NCBI GenBank assembly: GCA_027340875.1
Contig: DAIENX010000055.1
Coordinates: forward strand, 1 to 48,845
DNA: 48,845 bases
Reading direction: 5' to 3'
DNA from: Elusimicrobiota bacterium
GTDB taxonomy: Bacteria > Elusimicrobiota > Elusimicrobia > Elusimicrobiales > UBA9959
Part shown: positions 18,263 to 29,398 of the stretch, piece after piece
Layout: every line of letters begins with the position of its first letter
How positions within the stretch are numbered: position 1 is the first letter of the stretch
Notes under the pieces: model-generated
Told to the model about the DNA's origin: nothing
What the model saw: the letters and a program-made list of their open reading frames with translations, nothing else
The model's database searches: none
Translations under genes and position numbers: made by a program

Positions 18263-19734
18263 TGCCAAAGGTAACGATAGACGGCAGGGAAATAGAGGTG
18301 GAGAAGGGGACCACGGTCCTCGAGGCCGCTCAGCGCCTCGGCGTCCATATACCGCGCTACTGCTACCACCCGAAGCTCTCGATAGCCGGCAACTGCCGCA
18401 TGTGCCTGGTGGAAGTGGAGAAGGCGCCCAAGCTGCTCACGGCCTGCTCCACCGAGGTCTCCGAGGGCATGGTGGTCCGCACCTCCACCGACAAGGTCAA
18501 GGCCGCGCGCCGCGACGTGCTGGAGTTCCTGCTGATAAACCACCCGCTCGACTGCCCCATCTGCGACCAGGCCGGCGAATGCGGCCTGCAGGACTACTAC
18601 ATGGAGCACAGCAGGGCGAAGAGCCGCTTCCCTCTCGAGGCCAAGGTCAGGCGCCAGAAGCGCCGCGCTCTCGGCCCGCACCTGGTCCTGGACAACGAGC
18701 GCTGCGTCCTCTGCACGCGCTGCGTCCGCTTCTGCTCCGAGGTCACGAAGACCGCCGAGCTGGAAGTGATGGAGCGCGGCGACCATTCCTTCATAGACCT
18801 GAAGGAGGGGAAGGCGCTCGACAACGGCTATACGCTGAACATCGCCGATATCTGCCCCGTCGGCGCATGGACCTCGCGCGACTTCCGCTTCAAGTCCCGC
18901 GTCTGGTTCCTGAAGAGGACCCCTACCCTTTGCCTCGGCTGCGCCACCGGCTGCCTCGTCGAGGCGCACCACAACGAGAACGTCCTCTACCGCCTGGTCC
19001 CGCGACCCAACGCCGAGACCAACACCTGGCTCTGCGACAAGGGCCGCATGACCTACAAGGCCGTCTCCGCCGGAGACCGGCTTTCGAAGGGCGTGGTGAA
19101 GAACGGCCTGATGGAGCTGGAGCCCGCGCTGCGCGAGGCGGCCACCCGCATCGACGAGGCCCGCGGAGCGGCCGCCGTGCTGGGCTCGCCGTGGCTCTCG
19201 GTGGAGGACAACGCCGCGCTGGCGCTGCTGGCCAGGGACGCGGTCAAGACCCCCAACTTCACTTTCGATTTCCAGGCCGAGAGCGGCATCAAGGACGGCA
19301 TCCTCTATAACAAGGACCAGGCCCCGAACTCCGCCGGAACGCTGAAGGTCAAGGCGTCGGCCGGCGGCCTGTCCATGGCCGACTTCGCCCGCAAGGCGGC
19401 GGCGGGGGAATTCAAGCTGGTCATAGCCGAGGCCCGCGCGGCGGCACTGCTGAAGGAAGAGCTGAAGGCCGGCGGGGCCCGCCTGATCGTCTTCGCCGCG
19501 AACCGCGGCGACCTGCCGGACGGCACCCACGCGGCGCTGCCCTACGCTTCCTATTTCGAGGCCGAGGGCACGTTCATCAACTTCCAGGGCCTGGAGCGGA
19601 AGTCAGAGCCGGTAGTCTCCGCCCCGGACGGCGTAAAGCCGCTCTGGGAGATGGTGACCCGGCTGGCGGCGTACAGCGGCGCCTCCCTGCGGCTGGAATC
19701 GGCCGGGGATGCCGTCAAAGGACTCAACAGGTGA
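18262..19734 (+). CDS. nuoG: NADH-quinone oxidoreductase subunit G (short, 490 aa)
   Basis: CYHPKL..NCRMC (N1b), HPLDCPICDQAGEC (N5), CVLCTRC..CPVG (N4), CLGCATGC..LCDKG (N7-type). Confidence 0.93.
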   Translation: MPKVTIDGREIEVEKGTTVLEAAQRLGVHIPRYCYHPKLSIAGNCRMCLVEVEKAPKLLTACSTEVSEGMVVRTSTDKVKAARRDVLEFLLINHPLDCPICDQAGECGLQDYYMEHSRAKSRFPLEAKVRRQKRRALGPHLVLDNERCVLCTRCVRFCSEVTKTAELEVMERGDHSFIDLKEGKALDNGYTLNIADICPVGAWTSRDFRFKSRVWFLKRTPTLCLGCATGCLVEAHHNENVLYRLVPRPNAETNTWLCDKGRMTYKAVSAGDRLSKGVVKNGLMELEPALREAATRIDEARGAAAVLGSPWLSVEDNAALALLARDAVKTPNFTFDFQAESGIKDGILYNKDQAPNSAGTLKVKASAGGLSMADFARKAAAGEFKLVIAEARAAALLKEELKAGGARLIVFAANRGDLPDGTHAALPYASYFEAEGTFINFQGLERKSEPVVSAPDGVKPLWEMVTRLAAYSGASLRLESAGDAVKGLNR

Positions 19735-20852
19735 TAGCCGAATTCTACGAAGCCAACAAGGACCTGCTGCTGTTCAGCGGAGCCTCAGCCGTGAAGGTGC
19801 TGGCGCTGCTCAACGCCGTGATGGGCTTCACCGCGCTGCTCACGCTGGCGGAGCGCAAGGTCAGCGCGCTGATGCAGGACCGCGTCGGCCCCAACCGCGC
19901 CTCCATCTTCGGCCTGGCGCTGAACGGCCTCTTCCACCCGGTGGCGGACGGCATAAAGATGCTGATGAAGGAGGACTTCGTCCCGGCGAAGGCCGAGAAG
20001 TTCCTCTTCGCGCTGGCCCCTTTCTTCGCGCTGGTCCCGGTGCTCACGCTGTTCGCCTTCATCCCGTTCGGCGACTACGTGATGGTGGCCGGCTACAAGC
20101 TGGACCTGCTGATCGCCGACGTGCCGCTCGGCCTCTTCTTCATCCTGGCCTTCTCGGGCCTGGCCATCTTCGGCGTGTTCCTCGGCGGCTGGGCGTCGAA
20201 GAACAACTTCGCGCTGCTGGGCGCGATGCGCGGCGTGGCGCAGATGGTCTCCTACGAGGTGGTGCTGGGCCTGACGCTGGTCGGCCTGATGATGATCTAA
20301 GGCTCGGCGAGCCTGCAGGACATGGTCCGCGCGCAGGGCCGGCTGCTGTTCGGCTTCCTGCCGGCCTGGGGCGTAGTGACCCAGCCCCTCGCCTTCATAC
20401 TTTTCCTTACCGCGGCCATCGCCGAGAACAAGCGCACTCCTTTCGACCTGGTGGAGGGGGAATCCGAGATCATCGGCTACTTCCTCGAGTACAGCTCGAT
20501 GCGCTTCGCGGTCTTCATGTTCGCCGAGTTCATAGAGATCATCCTGGTCTCGATGATGGCGGCCACCCTCTTCTTCGGCGGCTGGCAGGTGCCGTGGCTC
20601 TACGAGACGGGCTTCATCCTGCCCGGCGGAGCGCAGCTGGCGCTGCCCCACCCCGCGGTGGCCCTGCTGCAGGTCGGCTCTTTCGCCGCTAAGACCGTTT
20701 TCTTCTCCTGGTTCCTGCTGGTCGTGCGCTGGACGCTGCCCCGCTTCCGCTTCGACCAGCTGATGGCCCTGTGCTGGAAGAAGCTGCTGCCGCTGGCCCT
20801 GCTTAACATCCTGGCCACCGGCGCCGTACTGCTCGCGCTGGGGAAGATCTAA
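19731..20852 (+). pseudogene. nuoH: NADH-quinone oxidoreductase subunit H interrupted by an in-frame TAA at 20298-20300
   Basis: ERKVSALMQDRVGPN, ADGIKMLMKE, VSYE in the first ORF; AENKRTPFDLVEGESE, EYSS, RWTLPRFRFDQL in the second. Both ORFs are in the same frame, separated only by the TAA. Confidence 0.85.
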
Positions 20853-20855
20853 GGC

Positions 20856-21416
20856 ATGATAAGCGTAAAAAAGGTCAATAACCGCCCGCTCAGCTTCCTG
20901 GAGCGCATCTACCTCTGGGAGGTGGCCAAGGGGATAGGCATCACCGCCAGGCATTTCTTCGAGAACCTGCTGCACCCTTCACGCCTGCCCACCATCCGCT
21001 ATCCGGAGCAGGCGAGCCCTCTGCCGGGCAACGCCAACCTCCGCACCCGCCACCGCCTGAAGCTGCGCGCCGACGGCACCCCCAAGTGCGTGGCCTGCTT
21101 CATGTGCCAGACAGCCTGCCCCGCCTACTGCATAACGATAGAGGCCGCCGAATACCCGGACAACCCGGTGGAGAAGTACCCTGCCTCTTTCGACATAGAC
21201 CTTTCCCGCTGCGTGGTATGCGGCATGTGCGTCGAGGCCTGCCCGGAGGACGCGATAGCGATGGACACGAAGGAACTGCCGGGCGGCGTGGAGGCCAGGA
21301 CCTCGCTGCTGATGAACAAGGAAGCCCTGCTGCGCAACCTGCCCGGCGAGCCCTCCCTCCTGGGGGCGGCCAACCGCCTGGCCAGGAACGGCGGACGGCC
21401 CGGAGGCGCGGAATGA
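20856..21416 (+). CDS. nuoI: NADH-quinone oxidoreductase subunit I
   Basis: Two ferredoxin motifs, CVACFMCQTACP and CVVCGMCVEACP. Confidence 0.95.
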   Translation: MISVKKVNNRPLSFLERIYLWEVAKGIGITARHFFENLLHPSRLPTIRYPEQASPLPGNANLRTRHRLKLRADGTPKCVACFMCQTACPAYCITIEAAEYPDNPVEKYPASFDIDLSRCVVCGMCVEACPEDAIAMDTKELPGGVEARTSLLMNKEALLRNLPGEPSLLGAANRLARNGGRPGGAE

Positions 21417-21907
21417 TACAGTTCGCCGTGATCTTCTTCGGCGCGGCCGCCGCGATGGCGACCCTGCTGATGCTCTTCCAGCGCCACCCGGTCAAGGCCG
21501 CGATGCTGATGCTCGCGGCCCTGCTTTCGACGGCCTGCGTCTACCTGGCCCTCAGCGCGCAGATGCTGGCCGTGCTGCAGATGATAATCTACGCCGGAGC
21601 CATCATGGTCCTCTTCACCGTGGCCATGGCGGTGATGCCGGCCGCCTGGCGGGACCACCCGGGACGCAGCCCGTTCCGCAGGGTCCTCGGCCTGGCCGCG
21701 GCCGCCGTTATCCTGACCGAGCTGATGAAGGTCTCCTCCGCGCTCGCGCCTTTCCACGGCGAGTTCGCGTTCACCGAGACCGGCGTGCAGGGCCTGGCGG
21801 AAATGCTTTTCGGGCGCTTCACTTTCCAGTTCGAGCTGCTGTCGCTGGTGATACTGGCGGGCATAGTGGCGGCGGTGGCGCTGGCCCAGAAGAGGAGGGA
21901 GGCATGA
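21413..21907 (+). CDS. nuoJ: NADH-quinone oxidoreductase subunit J
   Basis: LQMIIYAGAIMVLF, FELLSLVILAGIVAAV; ATGA overlap. Confidence 0.92.
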   Translation: MIQFAVIFFGAAAAMATLLMLFQRHPVKAAMLMLAALLSTACVYLALSAQMLAVLQMIIYAGAIMVLFTVAMAVMPAAWRDHPGRSPFRRVLGLAAAAVILTELMKVSSALAPFHGEFAFTETGVQGLAEMLFGRFTFQFELLSLVILAGIVAAVALAQKRREA

Positions 21908-22194
21908 GCGCCTACGTACCCGCCGGCCTGAGCTTCGTCCTCTTCGCGCTGGCCGCGGCCGGCTTCCTGACCTCTGGGAATCTGCTTCGGATGCTGATGT
22001 TCCTGGAGCTCATGCTGAACGCGGCCAACGTCGCGCTGGTGGCCCTCGGCCCCCAGCCTGCGTCGCAGGCCTACACGGTGATGCTTTTCGCGATAGCCGC
22101 GGCCGAAGCCGGCATAGGCCTGGCGCTGATCATAGCCCTCTCCGGAGCCTTCAAAACGCTCGAGACGGAGAACATAAAGGAGCTCAAAGGCTGA
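21904..22194 (+). CDS. nuoK: NADH-quinone oxidoreductase subunit K
   Basis: LELMLNAAN, AAAEAGIGLALI. Confidence 0.93.
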   Translation: MSAYVPAGLSFVLFALAAAGFLTSGNLLRMLMFLELMLNAANVALVALGPQPASQAYTVMLFAIAAAEAGIGLALIIALSGAFKTLETENIKELKG

Positions 22195-22195
22195 C

Positions 22196-24088
<1,893 letters not shown>

Positions 24089-24091
24089 ACG

Positions 24092-25636
24092 ATGGAACTA
24101 CTTACCAACCCGCTCTCGTTCATCATACTGCTGCCGGCCTTCTTCGGCCTGGCGATCTTCCTCGTCCCGCGCGACAACGCCGCGCTGCTCAAGAAGTTCG
24201 CGCTGCTGGGCTCGCTGGCGGTCTTCATCGTCTCGCTGAAGCTCTGGACCGGCTTCGACCCCGCGCAGGCCGCGATGCAGTTCGGCCTGGACAAGCCATG
24301 GCTGCCCTCCTACGGCATCAACTTCAGCATAGGCCTCGACGGGATCAGCCTGCTGATGGTGCTGCTGACCACCTTCCTGATGCCCCTCTCGGTGCTGGCC
24401 TCCTTCAACTACATCAAGGAGGACCAGCGCGCCTACTATTCCAGCCTGCTCTTCCTCGAGGCGGGCATGATAGGCGTCTTCGCCGCGCTGGACCTGTTCG
24501 TCTTCTACCTGTTCTGGGAGGCGATGCTGATACCGATGTACTTCCTGATCGGCATCTGGGGCGGCCCGCGCCGCGTCTACGCCGCGCTTAAGTTCTTCAT
24601 CTATACTATGGCCGGCTCCGTGCTGATGCTGGCCGCCATACTGTGGCTGGCCGCGGAACACCACGCCGCCGCCGGGGCCTGGACCTTCTCGATACCGGCC
24701 CTGTACGGCACGCTGCTGACGCACCACGCGCAGGTCTGGCTCTTCGCCGCGTTCGCGCTGGCTTTCGCGGTAAAGGTGCCGCTGTTCCCGTTCCACACCT
24801 GGCTGCCCGACGCGCACGTAGAGGCCCCCACGGCGGGCTCGGTCATCCTGGCCGGCGTGCTGCTGAAGATGGGCGTCTACGGCTACATGCGCCTCGCGGT
24901 CCCGCTGTTCCCCGAGGCCGCCCGCCTGTTCGCCCCGTGGCTGGCCGGGCTGGGCGTCGTCGGCATCATCTACGGCTCGCTGGTCGCCTGGACCCAGAAG
25001 GACATGAAGAAGATGGTCGCCTACTCCTCGGTCGCCCACCTCGGCACCGTGATGCTGGGCGTGATGGCCTTCGAGCCGGCGGCCGTCTCCGGCGCGGTGC
25101 TGCAGATGGTCAACCACGGCCTCTCCACCGGCGCGCTGTTCCTGCTGGTCGGCGTGCTCTACGAACGCCGCCATACGCGCATGATAGAGGACTACGGCGG
25201 GCTCGCCAAGGTGATCCCCGGCTTCGCCGCCGTCTTCATGATAGTGACGCTCTCCTCCGTAGGCATGCCCGGCCTTAACGGCTTCATCGGAGAGGTGCTG
25301 GTGCTGTTCGGCTCTTTCCGGACCTACCCGTGGCTGGCCGGGGCCGCCGTCGCCGGCGTGATCCTCTCCGCGGTGTACATGCTGGGGATGTACCAGCAGG
25401 TGGTCTTCGGACCCGTCCGCCACGCCGAGAACAAGGCCCTGCACGACCTGGACGCCAGGGAATGGCTGTACCTGCTGCCGCTGCTGGTCTTCATCCTGCT
25501 GATAGGCGTCTATCCCAACCCTTTCCTGCGGCGCATACTGCCCGCAGCCGACAGCTACATCAGCCTTTCCAGGCAGAACACCGCGCCTCCCGCGGCCGAA
25601 GTGAACATGGCCCTGGGGGGGAAGGAAGCAAGATGA
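24092..25636 (+). CDS. nuoM: NADH-quinone oxidoreductase subunit M
   Basis: FWEAMLIPMY, KVPLFPFHTWLPDAHVEAPT, LLKMG, AYSSVAH. Confidence 0.96.
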   Translation: MELLTNPLSFIILLPAFFGLAIFLVPRDNAALLKKFALLGSLAVFIVSLKLWTGFDPAQAAMQFGLDKPWLPSYGINFSIGLDGISLLMVLLTTFLMPLSVLASFNYIKEDQRAYYSSLLFLEAGMIGVFAALDLFVFYLFWEAMLIPMYFLIGIWGGPRRVYAALKFFIYTMAGSVLMLAAILWLAAEHHAAAGAWTFSIPALYGTLLTHHAQVWLFAAFALAFAVKVPLFPFHTWLPDAHVEAPTAGSVILAGVLLKMGVYGYMRLAVPLFPEAARLFAPWLAGLGVVGIIYGSLVAWTQKDMKKMVAYSSVAHLGTVMLGVMAFEPAAVSGAVLQMVNHGLSTGALFLLVGVLYERRHTRMIEDYGGLAKVIPGFAAVFMIVTLSSVGMPGLNGFIGEVLVLFGSFRTYPWLAGAAVAGVILSAVYMLGMYQQVVFGPVRHAENKALHDLDAREWLYLLPLLVFILLIGVYPNPFLRRILPAADSYISLSRQNTAPPAAEVNMALGGKEAR

Positions 25637-27057
25637 GTTTCGATCCCGCCGCCTACGCCGCCTCGGCTCTTTCCGGACCGCTGCTGCTGGTGCTGTCAGC
25701 TTTCGCCTGCCTGCTGCTGCCGCTGTTCTTCAAGGGCCTGCGCGGAGCCCAGGGCATAATGGCCCTTGGCGCGGTGCTCGTTACGCTCACTTTCTTCAGC
25801 GCCGCGCCGCAGGCGCAGATCTCCTTCTTCAGCGGCGCGCTGCTGCTCTCGCCCATGTCCGCCTACCTCTGGGCTTTCGCGATGGCGGTGCTCCTCTTCG
25901 TCATAGCGCTGTCCATAGCCCGCCCCGCCGCGCCGGAAGGCAGCGAGGGGGAATTCTACTTCCTGTCCTTCATGGCTCTCACCGGCCTGCTGGTCATGGT
26001 GGCCGCCGGCGACCTCTTCACCGCCTTCATCGCGCTGGAGCTGCTCAGCCTGCCGGTATACGCGCTGGCGGGCATCAGGCGCACCAAGCCCGGCCTCGAG
26101 GCGGCCTACAAGTACTTCATGCTCGGCGGCTTCGGCTCCGGCATGACGGTCATGGGCATAGCCATACTGAACGCCCTGTACCCGTCGCTCTCCTTCGAAG
26201 CCCTGGGCTCCGCCCCGGCGGCGGCCCAGCCGCTGGCGCTGGCCGGCTTCGTGCTGGTCATATCCGGCTTCGCCTTCAAGACCGCCCTGGTGCCGTTCCA
26301 CATGTGTGTGCCCGACGCCTACGAGGGCGCCCCGACCCAGGTGTCGGCGTTCATGGCCGCGGCGGTAAAGGCCGGCGGCGTGATACTGCTCTGGAGACTT
26401 TTCAACGCCAACGTGCATGCCGGCGGCCCCATCATCAGGATCTTCTGGTGGCTGACCGTGATCACCGCGGTCTTCGCCAACCTGGCAGCGCTGGCCCAGA
26501 CGGGCCTGAAGAGGCTGCTGGCTTATTCCAGCGTCGCGCACGCCGGGTACCTCGCGGTCGCCTTCTTCGGCGGGGAGCGCGGCCTGGAGGCGGTGCTCTT
26601 CTACCTGCCGGTATACGCGATGGCCACGATAGGAGCCTTCTCGGTGGCGCTGATACTGGAGAAGGACGAGAAGGGCCCGAAGATAGACGACCTGGCCGGC
26701 CTGGCGAAAACGCGCCCCTGGCTGGCCGCGGCTATGGCCGCCTTCATGTTCTCGCTGGCCGGCATACCCCCGCTGGCGGGCTTTTTCGCCAAGTTCTACG
26801 CCTTCGCGGCCGCCGTCAACACCAGCTACACCAGCCTGGTGGTAGTGGCGGTCATCATGAGCGCCGTTTCGGTCTACTACTACCTGCGCGTGACCGTGGT
26901 GATGTATATGAAGCCCGCCGCCAACGGCCATGAGGCCGCCGACGCCCCTGGCCTGGCCGAGGCCGTGGTTTTCCTTATGGCCATAGGCGTGCTAGTCACC
27001 GGCGTGCTCTCCAGGCCCCTGCTCGCCCTGGCCGCCGAAGCCTCCCGCTGGTTCTAA
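25633..27057 (+). CDS. nuoN: NADH-quinone oxidoreductase subunit N
   Basis: ALELLSL, EAAYKYF, FKTALVPFHMCVPDAYEGAP, KRLLAYSSVAHAGY, SLAGIPPLAGFFAK, YYYLR. Confidence 0.95.
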   Translation: MSFDPAAYAASALSGPLLLVLSAFACLLLPLFFKGLRGAQGIMALGAVLVTLTFFSAAPQAQISFFSGALLLSPMSAYLWAFAMAVLLFVIALSIARPAAPEGSEGEFYFLSFMALTGLLVMVAAGDLFTAFIALELLSLPVYALAGIRRTKPGLEAAYKYFMLGGFGSGMTVMGIAILNALYPSLSFEALGSAPAAAQPLALAGFVLVISGFAFKTALVPFHMCVPDAYEGAPTQVSAFMAAAVKAGGVILLWRLFNANVHAGGPIIRIFWWLTVITAVFANLAALAQTGLKRLLAYSSVAHAGYLAVAFFGGERGLEAVLFYLPVYAMATIGAFSVALILEKDEKGPKIDDLAGLAKTRPWLAAAMAAFMFSLAGIPPLAGFFAKFYAFAAAVNTSYTSLVVVAVIMSAVSVYYYLRVTVVMYMKPAANGHEAADAPGLAEAVVFLMAIGVLVTGVLSRPLLALAAEASRWF

Positions 27058-27064
27058 GCCGCGC

Positions 27065-27104
27065 AAAAAGAAAGACCGCCGGATTCCCCGGCGGCTTTAT
27101 TTTT
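27065..27104. terminator. Bidirectional intrinsic terminator between convergent nuoN and ribE
   Basis: A-rich run, then a CCGCCGG/CCGGCGG stem, then CTTTATTTTT. Confidence 0.75.
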
Positions 27105-27117
27105 ACATTATTGTATG

Positions 27118-27145
27118 ATTTAATGCAATATATTGTATGTAAACG
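27118..27145 (+). other. Candidate dif (XerCD) chromosome dimer resolution site
   Basis: ATTTAATGCAA-TATATT-GTATGTAAACG with 11-6-11 layout. The right arm resembles the XerD-arm consensus TTATGTAAACT/TTATGTTAAAT. Sits in an AT-rich island between convergent operons. Confidence 0.55.
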
Positions 27146-27169
27146 TACAATTTACACAACATCAACCGG

Positions 27170-27772
27170 CTAGAGGAAGCCGTTCTCTTCGAGGAATTCC
27201 CTGGTGATGCCGGGGGTCTTGGCAGAGGCGTATTTCCCCAGTATATCGTACTCGATATTAAGCAGGGATCCCGGCTTCAGCCCTTTCAGGGCTGTATGCT
27301 CCCAGGTATGGGGTATAACGGCCGCTTTAAAGGAGCCCGGCCGCACATCGTAAACGGTCAGGCTGATACCTTCCAGGGCCACGGAACCTTTCTCGACCAT
27401 CACGGCGTCAGGCGCCTTTTCCACCTCGATAACACGGCTGTTGCCCTCGTCCCGGACGGAAATAAGCCTTGCTGTGCCGTCCACATGGCCGGTGACGAAA
27501 TGGCCGCCCAGCCTGGCGCCCACGGCGAGCGCGCGCTCCAGGTTCACGGCGGAGCCGGCCTTCAGGCGTCCCAGCGTCGTGCGGGAGAAGGACTCGGGGC
27601 TCACGGCGAAAGAGGCCACGCCGGGACGGAAGCCGGCAACCGTCAGGCAGGCGCCGTTCACGGCCACGCTCTCGCCGTCGGAGAGTTCCCAGTCCGCGGG
27701 CACGGACACCCCGATGCGCCCGGACGAGACGGTTTTTATCTTCTCCACTGCCTCGATTATACCGGTGAACAT
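27170..27772 (-). CDS. ribE: Riboflavin synthase (alpha chain; ribC in E. coli nomenclature)
   Basis: MFTGII, SVAVNGACLTV, VNLERAL..G.RLGGHFVTGHVD, KGSVALEGISLT, NIEYDILGKY. Confidence 0.96.
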   Translation of the reverse strand: MFTGIIEAVEKIKTVSSGRIGVSVPADWELSDGESVAVNGACLTVAGFRPGVASFAVSPESFSRTTLGRLKAGSAVNLERALAVGARLGGHFVTGHVDGTARLISVRDEGNSRVIEVEKAPDAVMVEKGSVALEGISLTVYDVRPGSFKAAVIPHTWEHTALKGLKPGSLLNIEYDILGKYASAKTPGITREFLEENGFL

Positions 27773-28878
27773 CAGTCGAACCTCAGGTCGAGCATAAGAT
27801 CGGGGCCGGCTTTGGCTATCGCCGCCAGCCGGGGGCGGATGCCCAGCTCGGCGCGGGCGGCGTTCAGCGCGTCGGACCAGACCAGCGAGCTGCGGGACTT
27901 TGTCCCGCCTATCAGCATCGGGGCGACGAAGCAGATGAAGCGATCAGCCAGGCCCCGGCTTATAAAGGCGCCGGCCACCTTGCCGCCGCCTTCCACAAGT
28001 ACGTGGGATACGCCGAGCTTCCCTAGCTCGGAGAGCAGCGCCGGCAGCGCCACGCGGCCGCCCTCCGACGGCAGGACGAGTATCCTGGCACGGTCGTGGA
28101 ATTTCTTCATCGCGGAGACGGAGGCCTTGCGGGTGGTCGCCACCAGGACCCTTTCGTTCCGGAAGACCTTAGCGGGCTTAGGCACGCGGAAGCGCGAATC
28201 CAGCACCACCACCCAGGGCTGGCGCGGCACCTTCACGCCCCGCACGTTGAGCAGCGGGTCGTCGGCGAGGATGGTGCCTATGCCGGCCAGCACTGCGTCA
28301 GCCTCCGCCCGCAGCCTGTGCGCCTCCAGGCGGGACCGGGGGGAGGAGATCCAGCGGGAGCGGCCGGAAGCGTCCGCAATACGCCCGTCGAGGCTCTGCG
28401 CTATCTTCACGGTCACGTACGGAAGGCCGGTGCGCATGTACTTGTTGAAAGGCGGGTTCAACGCTTCGCATTCTTTCCTGAGGACGCCGGAGCGCACCTT
28501 AAGCCCGGCGCGGCGCAGTATGCCGGCGGACTTCCCGCCGTTGGCGGGGTCCGGGTCCGGCGCGCCTATATATACTTCCTTTATACCGGCACCGATGACG
28601 GCCTCGGTGCACGGGGGGGTCTTTCCCCAGGTGGAGCAGGGCTCCAGCGTGACGTAAAGGGAAGCTCCGGCGGGGCTCACGCGGCAGGAGCGCAACGCGT
28701 TTATCTCGGCGTGGGGTCCGCCCCAGCGGAGATGGGCGCCCTCGCCTATGATCCTGCCTCCTTTGACTATGACCGCGCCCACCATGGGGTTGGGATGGGC
28801 GCCGAAGCGCCCTTTCCGCGCCAGTTCGATGGCGCGGGCCATGTAAAAAGCGTCCCTGTCCACGACGGGTTTTTTCAT
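27772..28878 (-). CDS. ribD: Bifunctional pyrimidine deaminase/reductase RibD
   Basis: PNPMVGAVI, HAE, TLEPC...TPPC, SLDGRIA, VEGGG. Confidence 0.96.
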   Translation of the reverse strand: MKKPVVDRDAFYMARAIELARKGRFGAHPNPMVGAVIVKGGRIIGEGAHLRWGGPHAEINALRSCRVSPAGASLYVTLEPCSTWGKTPPCTEAVIGAGIKEVYIGAPDPDPANGGKSAGILRRAGLKVRSGVLRKECEALNPPFNKYMRTGLPYVTVKIAQSLDGRIADASGRSRWISSPRSRLEAHRLRAEADAVLAGIGTILADDPLLNVRGVKVPRQPWVVVLDSRFRVPKPAKVFRNERVLVATTRKASVSAMKKFHDRARILVLPSEGGRVALPALLSELGKLGVSHVLVEGGGKVAGAFISRGLADRFICFVAPMLIGGTKSRSSLVWSDALNAARAELGIRPRLAAIAKAGPDLMLDLRFD

Positions 28879-28897
28879 TGAAACCGCTCCCGGGAGC

Positions 28898-29356
28898 TTA
28901 GAGTCCCTTGAACAGGTTGGCCATCTCTATGGCGGAGACGGCGGCCTCGGCGCCCTTGTTGCCGTGCTTGACGCCAGCGCGCTCTATGGCCTGCTCGAGG
29001 TTGTCGGCGGTGATGATGCCAAAGGCCACCGGCACCTTGTGCTTCATCGAGACCTGGGCTATGCCCTTGGCCGTCTCCTGCGCGACGAAGTCGAAATGGG
29101 GCGTGTCGCCCTTTATCACCGCTCCGAGGCAGATGATGGCGTCGTAATTTCCGGCGGCCAGCTTCTCGCATACCACCGGTATCTCGTAGGCGCCGGGAGT
29201 CCGGACCACGGTGACGTCCTTTACGTCGGCGCCGTGGCGCTTCAGAGCGTCGACGGCCCCGTCCAGCAGCCGCGACGTGATGAAGTCGTTGAAGCGCGAG
29301 ACGATGATGGCGAACTTCATCTTCCCGGCGTTGAAACCGCCCTCTATTACCTTCAT
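28898..29356 (-). CDS. ribH: 6,7-dimethyl-8-ribityllumazine synthase
   Basis: [38 protein letters not shown]. Confidence 0.97.
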   Translation of the reverse strand: MKVIEGGFNAGKMKFAIIVSRFNDFITSRLLDGAVDALKRHGADVKDVTVVRTPGAYEIPVVCEKLAAGNYDAIICLGAVIKGDTPHFDFVAQETAKGIAQVSMKHKVPVAFGIITADNLEQAIERAGVKHGNKGAEAAVSAIEMANLFKGL

Positions 29357-29398
29357 GATAGACCTCCGAACATGGATTAGACTGCGCTGAATCTTAAG

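Noticed and set aside
20298..20300. Stop-codon reassignment explaining the nuoH TAA
   Set aside because: TAA terminates rpmF, acpP, nuoL, nuoN and nuoH itself at the expected positions.
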